Positions 12,354-23,700 of a stretch of DNA of 64,000 nucleotides are shown piece after piece. Source of the DNA: a virus; the IMG/VR virus record IMGVR_UViG_3300044470_000123, positions 4,106 through 68,105 of that record, one strand, 5' to 3'. Made by a program: the position numbers and the translations under genes. The notes below the pieces were generated by a model. That model had not been told where the DNA came from, searched no databases, and saw nothing but the letters and a program-made list of their open reading frames with translations. Numbering within the stretch: position 1 is the stretch's first letter; every line of letters starts with the position of its first letter.

Positions 12354-12863
12354 TTATTGCTCCGTGGATGCGGACTGTGCTGTAGATTCTAACTTAGTAA
12401 GTTGACTAAGATAGTAAACTATCTTCTGTTCTTGTTGAGCTAGTTTAAGTAATTGATAGTCATAATCTCTAAGTCTTATATCCATTTCTGCTACACTTGC
12501 TGTAAAATTTGTTCTAGTATAGTTTAAAATAGGATCTGATGGATTCCTTATCATAGTGTTTTTATTTACCTCTATATCAGACCCCAGTGATGGAGTCCCT
12601 GTATCTAAAGTACTATCATATATAACAGGACTTAAATTTAGTGGGTCATCATCTTCCGTAACTACTTCTATTTTCCTAAGATATGATGATTTCTGAGCTT
12701 TTAAATCTTGGATCCTAGTTACTATTAAACTATGTTCTCTTTTTAAATCATTAACTTTTTCAGCCCTATATGATTCTGTTCGTTGTATAGCATCATATAG
12801 ATCATCTATATTTACTGTATTTTCTTTTTCTATAAATTCTGATTTATGCCTTAAAAATCCCAT
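12354..12863 (-). CDS. Hypothetical coiled-coil protein
   Basis: Two heptad-rich helices; operon packing. Confidence 0.6.
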   Translation of the reverse strand: MGFLRHKSEFIEKENTVNIDDLYDAIQRTESYRAEKVNDLKREHSLIVTRIQDLKAQKSSYLRKIEVVTEDDDPLNLSPVIYDSTLDTGTPSLGSDIEVNKNTMIRNPSDPILNYTRTNFTASVAEMDIRLRDYDYQLLKLAQQEQKIVYYLSQLTKLESTAQSASTEQ

Positions 12864-12867
12864 AATT

Positions 12868-14625
12868 TTATCCTACTAACAATTTAGTTAAGGTACTTAT
12901 TGCTTTCTGATTAGCATTAAGCTGTGCAACTACAGAGTTGTATTCTGCTTTATAGGGCTGTATGAGCTGATTATAGTTACTTGGGTCAGTTACCCCGTAT
13001 ACTATCACCCATCCAAAATAGAAACCTTCTATAGTCTCTAAAGCTGCTCCACCGTTATTTTGATTAGGGTACCCAAATGTATTAGAGTCTACACTAGAAC
13101 TCATAACAGTATTAGTAAAATATTGTATCCCTCCTGTTTTAGCCGGTACATTTAAAAGTAGAACAGAGCCTCTAAGTCTAAAATTAACTAGGATCTCCAC
13201 TATTTGGACTATAGTATTCAATATCGTTATATAACTCTGAATTTTCTTACTAAAAAAACTTAAATAATCATTTACCGCATCACTTGAAGTTGATACCATC
13301 CCTAATAATTTATCTGCAAAAAGATCTATGTTACCAAAAAGTTCTTTATCAAACGTACTACCTAAGAATTTTCTAATAGTCATAAAGTTCCATTTATACT
13401 TAAGATTTTTCTCATCTATAAAATCGCCCTCTTTAGACAGTATCCCTTGAGATATTTCAGATATAGATATACAATTTGAGAAAGCTTTTGTTCCTACAGC
13501 CACAGAAGCTAAGGGACTATCTACCCTAGCGTTGTAAGGATTATCAAAAATAAGAGCTCCTGCTCCTGGTATAGAGAATACTTTATAATAGTAGACCTCT
13601 CCCTCTACAACATCATAGTCTACAATAGAAAAATTTTGTGATGCTGGAGTAGACAGTACAGTAAGAGGATTACCATTATTAAATTTTTTTCCTCCTGTAG
13701 CATATACTTTATCGTTATCATATACTTTTATTTTTGAATATTTATCTATATCTGCTGCATTACCTGGTCTAAAAAAAGAAGTAAATATTTTTTCAAGTTC
13801 ATCGGGTAACAATAAAACCCCATTTTTACTCTGACATCTATAAACTCTATATCCTGTAACAAAGTCAGAGTTAACTTTATTCCAACTTACTTGTATACCT
13901 ATTTTTTTATTGTATATACCAGATACCGCTTTAACTCCTTTAGGAGATCCTGTAACAGAAGCATCAAAATAATCAAATAGTTTACCTAGTAACTGCATAT
14001 TGTATATAAAAGAGTCTACAGCTTTAGGATCATTCTTTCCATATATCCCTCCTATAACTACTCCTCCTACTGTTGTGGCTGCATTTAATCTAGCAGGTGA
14101 CCCTGGATTCTCTATATCCGTACAAGCTGCTGCTATTTTTCTTTTAAACTCTTCAAAACTACCCCAAGTAGGCACAATAAAAGAGTGGTCCTTTTCGTGC
14201 TTATCTGGGGTTACAAGACACCAGTATAAGCCTGAAGAAGAAAATGAGTCTAAAAACTCCTTTAACAATATTACTATAGTTTTTATAGCAAATTTAAAAG
14301 CTGCGGATACTGATTTAAGATCATTAGTTAGTAATCTTATTATTTTTAAAATATCTGTTAATTTCTGTATTACAGTATTTACATTTTTAAGGAAATTATT
14401 GATATTTTTTAAATCTGGTTCTGACAGCATATCCCCTATAGATAGATTCAACGCAAATTCCTGCCATACAGTACCACTGTTTTTAGGAGTATTAGATTTA
14501 GTAGGGTCAGCTGAATATGATAGATTAAAATAGTTAGATACTGCGCTAGATAGACCTATATTAGCTACGTCACCACCTATCTTAGGTTTAACAAAATCAA
14601 ATGTTATTCTAGGTCTAATCGACAT
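12868..14625 (-). CDS. Virion structural protein with FN3-like domain
   Basis: SPKGVKA..IQVSWN..VTGYRVYR...DYDVVEGEVYYYKV is an FN3 pattern, flanked by helical regions. Confidence 0.6.
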   Translation of the reverse strand: MSIRPRITFDFVKPKIGGDVANIGLSSAVSNYFNLSYSADPTKSNTPKNSGTVWQEFALNLSIGDMLSEPDLKNINNFLKNVNTVIQKLTDILKIIRLLTNDLKSVSAAFKFAIKTIVILLKEFLDSFSSSGLYWCLVTPDKHEKDHSFIVPTWGSFEEFKRKIAAACTDIENPGSPARLNAATTVGGVVIGGIYGKNDPKAVDSFIYNMQLLGKLFDYFDASVTGSPKGVKAVSGIYNKKIGIQVSWNKVNSDFVTGYRVYRCQSKNGVLLLPDELEKIFTSFFRPGNAADIDKYSKIKVYDNDKVYATGGKKFNNGNPLTVLSTPASQNFSIVDYDVVEGEVYYYKVFSIPGAGALIFDNPYNARVDSPLASVAVGTKAFSNCISISEISQGILSKEGDFIDEKNLKYKWNFMTIRKFLGSTFDKELFGNIDLFADKLLGMVSTSSDAVNDYLSFFSKKIQSYITILNTIVQIVEILVNFRLRGSVLLLNVPAKTGGIQYFTNTVMSSSVDSNTFGYPNQNNGGAALETIEGFYFGWVIVYGVTDPSNYNQLIQPYKAEYNSVVAQLNANQKAISTLTKLLVG

Positions 14626-14791
14626 GTTTTTTACCCTTCATAATTTTATCAAGTTTTTTCTTATCTTTAACCATTAAACTTTTAAGTTTGGCTATAACAT
14701 CACCAAAATATTCATTGGTTATTTCTCTTATAGATTCTTCTCTGTCTGGGATGTTCACCCTCTTCCAAACTAGAGGCTTATTTTCTTCCAT
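14615..14791 (-). CDS. Small 58-aa protein (MEENKPLVWKRVNIPD...KKHVD) missed by the ORF track
   Basis: ATG abuts the stop of the 3590-aa gene (TAAATG); its TAG overlaps the start of the next gene; it fills the gap exactly. Confidence 0.65.
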   Translation of the reverse strand: MEENKPLVWKRVNIPDREESIREITNEYFGDVIAKLKSLMVKDKKKLDKIMKGKKHVD

Positions 14792-17700
14792 TTAGGATAA
14801 CTCCAAAGCTTTAGTTTTATCCTGGTTGATCCTGTTTTGTATAGCTATAGATTTTTGGTCACAACCTATCTCTCTGTGGAACTTAAGGAATAGCCACATA
14901 TACTTATTATTATATAAATCTTCAGAATTTAAACTGTTTATAATCTCGCTAAATCTTTGATATTTAAGGTAATATAGAAACTTACCGTTTTCTACCAGAT
15001 TTAAGCTATACTCAAAATTTCCAAAACTATAATCGCTGTTTGGCACATAATAATCTGGTAAAAAATTACCATTATTATCTTTATACCAAGGCATACCAAG
15101 TCTTCTTCTTATAAGTATATACTGTTTCCATAAACTATAATCTGATATCTGGTAAAATCTTATATCCCCAAGAAAACCAAAATAGACATGGGTATTTAAA
15201 CCAGCTGATTCGGGATCATTAACACCTAAATTTTTAGATACTGCCTGTAATTTACCAAAAGATACACTACCTGCGGATAATAAAGCTATATCCATATTAA
15301 GGATTCCGTAGGCATAACTAAAATTAGGATACATAGGAAGCTGCTCTAGATATCCGTCTATATTCATAGCATTCATTCTAAACTTATTTATGTTCTTATC
15401 TACTATATTCTGAGTATATGTATTACCTATAAATAGATCATTTTTATGCTTAGTATTTTTAGTGCAAGAAAATATACCAGACTGATCTATTATACAGGTA
15501 GATGCCTCTCCTGAAGGATCTATTACACCATTATTTATATTTACTGTGTGACTCATGTTTAGAACATTTAATCCTACTGTGCTCCTAAAATCAAATCTTA
15601 GTAAAGATGTTCCAGTAAAAGAAATGGGTGAAACCGTAGGGATTAAAAGATTAGCTAATAAACTATTGTAGCCTAAATACTCTGGGGTATCTAAACCTAT
15701 AGCTGAAAATCCAGTCATACTGGTAGTTGAATTAATAGCACTAACTACATCACTAATAAGATACTGATCACTTAAATCATAACTATAAGACCCTAACATA
15801 CGGACAAAAGTCCCACCTATAGAAATATTTATAGTACCATTTATTAATAGTGAGGAGTCATCTGAACCACTTATCCATGTTAAATTAGCATTAAATAAAG
15901 GTTCCCCTAAAATAGGATCATAGCCATTAATATCTGTAATAACTTCATTTATAGTAGTATTTACAGAAAGATCTACGGTATGTGATACATTACTATTTAT
16001 AGTTTGTATGTATCCTAAACTTAATATATTAGCTGGTTTTGAATATTGAGTACCTGTATAGGAAGAAGAAGCCATAGTAAGTATTATAGCGGCTCTTATG
16101 GTGATTCCATCATTAGCATATATAGTACCAGGTAATGACATATTAATAGATTCTACTAAAGTAGTAGCTGACAATGCTCCATTCATGCCTAAAGCTAAAG
16201 ATGCTGAAAAAATTCCACCCCCATTAATAGCGGTTATTAGTGTGTTTATAGTAAAAGTTGTGGTATCATAAGTAGCTGTACCAGAAACAAAAGTTTGATA
16301 TAGTGCATTAAGGATCATAGTTTCTAATACAGTATTAACAGTATAGCTTGAAGAAACTATATCATAATCTACCGTATTAGGAACTATCATAAAAGCTCTT
16401 GTATCGGCCTGTATTGTTAATAAACTGCTCTTATATACTACACTAGGATCTAGTATAGGAGGTAATGGATCTGTTGAAGTTACATAGTATGAAGCATTAT
16501 TACCTTCTGATTGGATAGTAAAAACATTATCTACATCTAAATATAAACTATCTAATTGAGCTTTCTCTATAGATACCCACCCATCCCCTCCTACCCACTG
16601 TACTGTATTAGGAAAATAAGTATATTCATAGTCTGAATTATACTCTCTACCAAATCTTAAATTAGCAAAAAACCATTGATTACATAAACCATTATTATTA
16701 ATTAATCTTATCACATCAATAAGTTTATAGGTTTCTTCGGGATGATCTATGGTAATATCCAAATTTTCTGTTTTATATAATGGTATACTTACTGATAGAT
16801 CACCTGTTTCTGGGATCGAAGCACTTTTTAAATAAAGTATATTATCTTGTATTTTATAAGCTGCACTATTATCCCAGCTATATATATCAAAGGCTAATAT
16901 ATCTTGTTTAATATTTTGTGAAAATAGATTAGCTTCTCTAGAATTTTTAGGATTATTAGGTATAAATCTATAGGTAGTGCCTGGACTGTAGGTTTTTGGA
17001 TCTATCCTAAATTTTATTAATCTATCACCTATTATATCTTGACCTTGTAACATCCATCCAACCTGAAAATTATTACCTGTAGTTGAAGATATAGTCTCTG
17101 TTACAGGTATAAACTGCTGGATAGTTACAGGGCTACTTAGTATATCATAGACTCCTTCAGGCTCGTAGTATAAATGTGAGTCTACCTCTATAGTCTGTTT
17201 AACGTACTGAGAAAATAAATCTATAGTTTTCATACTACCTTGAAGAGTCTTAGTAGCCCCTGTAGGATAATTCACTGTAAAATACTGAGCTCCTGTACTG
17301 GATAAAACAGCTGTATTACTATTAACAGGGATAGTATATCTGTTATTCTCTAAAGCATATTTAAGTTCATCTATAGTAGAATACTGCCTTAAAGTAAAAA
17401 TAAAAGAAATATCTCTAAAATTACCAATATTAGAAACATCTACTCTTAATCTTATACGAAGATATCTTAAAATTTCAGTAGGTGGTGGAGTAGATGAAAC
17501 ACTATTAACTATTTTTAATAGAGCATTGAAATTAGCTTTATTATCTTTATCTGCTGCTTTATCTGAAGTAGAAACATATTGATTAAACTCTGATATATCA
17601 GGCTCTACCTCTGAAATCATTTTGGTTTGATAACTATAACCTAATGCTTCCAAATCTTCAGGACTGGTTTCATAATTAGGATACATTAAAGTATCCTGTA

Positions 17701-20700
17701 CTGATGAGTCTTGACCAGAAGATACCCCTAGGAACTCATAATCTATAACCATATCGTCTGGGGATAAAGGAGTAACTTCTAATACATTTAATTCTGTGGT
17801 ATAGTCTACTGTATCCCCGTTTATTGGGTCTATTATGTCTTCAGCCCATTTACCAGTTACTGGTAGAGGCCCCATTTTATTAGGTCCTAATATTTCTTTT
17901 CCTGTACTTTCCGCATAATTAGGAAAAGCTATGTCTACCTCTCCAGATGAAGTAGACACTATAGTATCAGAGGATATACTTTTTCTGCTTAAAAATAGTA
18001 CTCTAGAATCATAATTCCTGTGGTCAGATACATTTGAAACATATAGTCTATCATCTATAGAAGGGTCTTTACTTAAAATAGTCCAACCACCTGTGCTTAT
18101 ACTGATATCTGGACCATTGCTATCATTGTTATTTAAACTTCTATAGTTCCTAAGAATATATCTTGGAGAATAATCCCTGTACGGAAAATAGTCAAACACC
18201 GAAGCTGCTAGTATATAATTTACACACTGCGTGTTTATAGCATTAACTAAGTCTTGTAAAGTAGGATATACACTTAAAACAAATGATTTTACTATAGGAC
18301 TAATGCTTCCTGAAATTTGATAAGATATAAGTAGTGTAGCATCGTCATACTCATCACTTTCTGAGTTAGAAGTAGCTAATAAATTGTAGGTGACTAAATA
18401 CTTTGCATCTGATACGGTAGTCTGGTCTATTACAGATAACTTTATAGCAGGATAGGTCTCTATACCTACATCAAATGCAGAAGATAAGTCATAAGCCTGT
18501 TTAGCTTGCTTTTGAAATACTGAACCAGCTTCTAAACTTAAAACCCATTTAATAAACTGAGTCTGCCACATACTGTAATAGAAATTATTTAAACTAGAGT
18601 ATAGATTACTTTCTCCTTGAAAATTAGTATAGTTTGAGAAAGCTGCAGCAGCCTGAGTATAAGATTTATGTATAGGGTCAGTATCTGTTGTCCCTCCTAT
18701 TTCCATCATAGTCCTATAAAGAGGACCAGACGTGTTATATATAAGATATTTATGTGAAGTGTCAGAAGAGTCTAACAAAAATCTTAGATGCTCAGCATAT
18801 GAATTTATAGATGTATTTATATTACTTACAGTAGAATCTTCTGAAATCTGCAGTAAATAACTTAAAAATTCTGAAGGACCCGATGTTGTAGCACTAACGC
18901 CACTTAAATTAAAAGCTCTTTTTAGTTTATCACTAGTATCAAATAAATCTTTAACTATATTTAACTCAACAAGCCAATTTTGTTTCTCTATAAGAAGTTT
19001 TAAATATAAATTATTTGGATAATAGAAATTAGTAAATATGCTAGGATCACTAAAGCCGTAGTCTCTTGTTATATTACTAGCATCATCTGCTGTATTAAAT
19101 GTGACCCAACTATTTCTATCTCTAGCTCTAAACACTATACTCTCATAATATCCTAAAGAAGATTCATTGGCTTCATACTTTTTATCAAAACTTATATAAA
19201 ATAACTTATCAGCCCCAGACTGTGCTTTTTTATCCCTTATATTAGATATTTTTATAATAAATGGAGGAAAAGGGACAGGGAGCGAATATCCATCTACCCC
19301 ATATTTTATAGTTTCTAATATCCTTGTAACACTTCTTTCATCAAAATAGTTAAGAGGGGTAGTGACTATGTTTATGGTATCTCTTGCCTGCCATAATCCT
19401 GTAAGATCGTTGTATGTCCCTTCATATACTGTAAAAGTTTTATCATCCCCTACATTTATACCAAGAAAATCTGATAGATCAAATGTCTTTACTATGGTAT
19501 CTGACCCTGTTTTTTGATCCATCAACTTAGAACCTATTGCTTTTACTCCGAGATTATACTCATCATCATAGGCTGGAAATGAAATAGGAAAATCATTACT
19601 GGAAACTCTTTTAACATTTATATTTTGGCCGTCTTTAGGTAGTTCACATTCAAACTCGAATAGTGTTTTAGTATAGGACACTGGAATCCCTATTATATTT
19701 TTCTTTGTATATTCATATATCCAACCATAGTCTGTTCCAGCTACCTTAGTATCCCCACTTTGGTGCATGGCAAATGTTTGTATATTAGGCTCAGTAAAAT
19801 ATTCTCCATTCTTTAATATTAGTTTCTCATATGTGGTAATATTTTCAGGAGTATACCCTAGTCCTATAATAGGGTTAGATGCAGCATTAGGCCCTGATGG
19901 ATTTATTCCAGTATAGCCTTGATCGGACTGTCTTAAAACAGGTACCCCGCCCAATAGTCCTGCTTTAGCTTCAGCAGATGTGACATAAAATCTCTTTGTA
20001 GGATCTTGCTGTTTATATATACCGTAAACTGGACTATAGTTAGGATCATTAGGATCTGATATATTACCATAGAATAAAGGTTGACCAATAAACGTACCTG
20101 TAGCTCCTGACCCAAACATTATTTCTTCTACAGGACCTTCACTTGTTATTAAACTAGTAGGATCTACTTGAGTTACAGTATCTATATCATAAAATGTTTT
20201 AAAACTGTTAAGTTGTACTTGATCCCCTACTGCTATTCTTTCTAAAAACTTAAAATTAGTATCTGTTACTCTAAAATGTTTCTCTTCTTGGTCATAAGGT
20301 ATAGTATATAAAGGATTACCGTTAACATCTTTTATAAAAGATGTATCTTGAGTATAGGGTAACATATCAAAATCTAGACTTGAAAAAGTCGTAGTAGAGT
20401 CCACTATATTCGCCCAATAAGGCTTAATCGAAAGGACTCTTCCTTCATTCCTTATAAACTTTCCAGTAGTGTCTAAATATTGTATATTATAACAAAAAAC
20501 TTGATTATATGACTGGTATGTATCTTCAAATCTAGGATAAGGCTGTGGAGCAGGGTCGTTGTATCCTACAGGAAAAAACTTAGAGAATCCATTATTTATT
20601 TGGGCTATGTCAGATAAAGTAGTCAGAGTATAATTATTATTTTCTACATAGGCATCTTGTAGAGTAAACTGTCCATTAGGTAGTACGCCAACAAAGGTAC

Positions 20701-23700
20701 TGTGCCCATATTTTAACCCAAGGATCAGCTGAGCTTCTGCAGCAAAGTTTCTTAAACGCTGTTTATACCATGCAAATAATTTTAGGTATATAGCTTTTTT
20801 AATCAATTCATCCTTAAGTGCATAATATAAATCTGTTAAACCTCCCTGATATACTGCTGGAGGATTATCACTACCGCTATCATTACCTATACCTGCACTT
20901 TCACCAGCTTGCTGTAATAAATCTTTAATCTGAGGTACTGTAACTATCTCTAAAAAGGCTCTTTCAGTAAGCTTCTGTACATAGTACTGATCTACATTTA
21001 AATAATCCATGTAGACATTAATCTGATATCCTTTAGGAATACTATTGAAATATCTACAAGAGCATGCTATACTTGACCCTGAGTCTTCAGCTAAATCATC
21101 TAAACCTAAATAGCTTAACTCATATCTTTCAGAAATACTTATAGGAGTAACTAGCTCTGCATGTGTCCCTTCAATACTATAATCTTTACCCTCTTTAAGA
21201 AGATTCCTATTCAATATTGGTACTTGGTACCAGAATTCAGGATTAACAATAACTTTAATAGAATAAGGAAAACTCTTAGCAATACTATCTGAAGCTTGTA
21301 CTATAGTATAATAGACTATAGAGCTACTCCCATAAAAGGTATCATAGTCCTTTTGATCTATACTCCAAGGAGTTTGACCAATTATAATGGAAGATAGACT
21401 ACTTATCTCTGTAGTAATTTGATCTAAAGTTTTTCCTGAAAATATTACAGTATGAGCTACTAAAGTATTAGTTTTATCAGATTTTTTCCACTCATTTATA
21501 ACTAGATAGTCTACTCCAGGAGGTAATAATATCTCAGAAGCAACTGTACTATCTGGAGAAGTATAGTTTATCCTAAAAGCACTGATATCTATTTTTATGC
21601 TAGTAGATAGCGGTACAGGTACTACAGTAGGAGCTAACGCTGCTTTATTACCTAAAGCTAAATACTTATCTTCTTGGTCATCTGTTAAACCTACAAATAT
21701 AGAACCCGACACAGTAAGAGATAATCTAGATAAAGCTGAGGCTATCTGAACAAGATTACCATACCTAAACATATCTATCTGTTTTGTTACACTTGTTGAC
21801 CCATCTAAAGTCTCAGTAACAGTTATATATCTATCATCTATGTATATGGTAGCTCCCCCAGATCTTCCTGCTGGTAACGTGTAGTCTATATTAAAATAAT
21901 CTTGAGGAGATACCCCGCTAAGGTAAATAGGCATATCTGAAACCAATACTTTTTCTACGCCTCTTATAAGAGTATTTATAGTCTTGTTAACTGTAATAGT
22001 GACTGAGAAACCACCTACCTCTATATTTTGTATCTGATAAACATATTTACTATCTATTTTTAACAAAGAACCTATACGAAAATATTGGCTATTGACACTA
22101 AAAGTTATAGTATTATCGCTTACAGAAAAACCTACAGAATCTGTATCTATCCAGTTAACACTATCATACTTATAAATGTAAGGATCTATCATATTTTCAG
22201 TAAAACTGTCAGCAAAATTTATCTGCGTATCTGCTGTTATAAGAGTCACAGACCCTATCTCATAAAAACTTAAAGAACCTGTAGCCTTACTTATAAAAGA
22301 TAAAAGCTCTCCTGAAGAAAAATAGCTAGTTACATCCTTTTTCTTTACTAAGAAATTTTGAGCTCCTTGCGTAGTATTTATAAGAATATACTTATACATT
22401 TCCTGACTTATAGTAAATAGATAACCTTCATCGGGGATAACTACAGGCACAGACCCTGTAAAAGGTTGTATAATCTCAGTACCCCAAAATCCTGAACCGA
22501 TATAATACTGTTCTGCTCCTTCTTTAGAAAGAAGTGTAAAAGGTCCTATATTATAAATATACTTAGGATCTATAGTAGATTTAGTAGTTACTATGGCATC
22601 AACCATATCTCTTATACTACCATAGTTTTGAAAATAGAAAATATAAGTAGCTGTAACATCGTCTACTACTTCACTTAAAGTTATTTTTTCAGCATCTATA
22701 AAAATAGTAGCTGTACCGTATATAGCATTAGTAGGAGCTACATACCTTAAAGAAAAAGCTGGATGAGGAGGATCTATTATAACAGGATACTCTGATATAA
22801 GACTAGTATCACCTACTTGGTATATAGAATCAGTGATTTTAATATCACTATACTGCCCTTCTAATAGATTAGGGAATATACCTATCTGGATAGTATCATT
22901 TACTACAGCCTTAGAAATAGCCCTGTATATATTTAAATTATCTAACTGGATCAATGAATTATTTTTAATAAGTTGAGATATTTGTAGTAAGTTACCAGTA
23001 AGTGATAGTGTATTGGACCCAACGCTTACATTACTATCCACTTTTGTACCTGTTGGAAAACTGTGCCACTGTACTATATCATCAAAAAGATAAAAAGATG
23101 GTTTGCGTATATCTTCAGGGAAGGAACCTGTAAGATAAACAGTAGTATTATAACCATCATATATTACATTGGCTACCTTAAAGTAATATGAGTCTTCAGG
23201 ATCAAAATTATCTATCCTAAATATCATACCAGGGACTATAATATCTGTCTTATCGTATCCTTCTATAATGAAACTACTTTCATCCTGATTAAATATAGGA
23301 AAAATAGTTTGTATAGGAGCATAGGGTAGAACATCTGATACAAAACTATATGTGGCTAAAATAAGGTCATTTAAATCTGGTCTAGGGATGTTAATATTAT
23401 ACTTATTATCTAAAGCAAGTATCTTAGTATCATCTTTATATGTATAATTAGTAGTATTGTAATCTAAACTCTTTCCAGGAGTTAGCCCTAACTCTATAAT
23501 ACCTGTAATCCCTATAGCATAAAAAGCATCCACAGTTAAACCTAGTTTAGTATCCAAACCTAAACTCTCTAAACCAGTCATACCTAAATCTATCATCTGA
23601 TTTACAGTAAGATTATTTAAACCATAACCGGGCTCTCCAAAACCTTTTACAGATAAAAGACTATTAGGTAGTATAGACCCAGAATAAGTAGTTGGATTCT

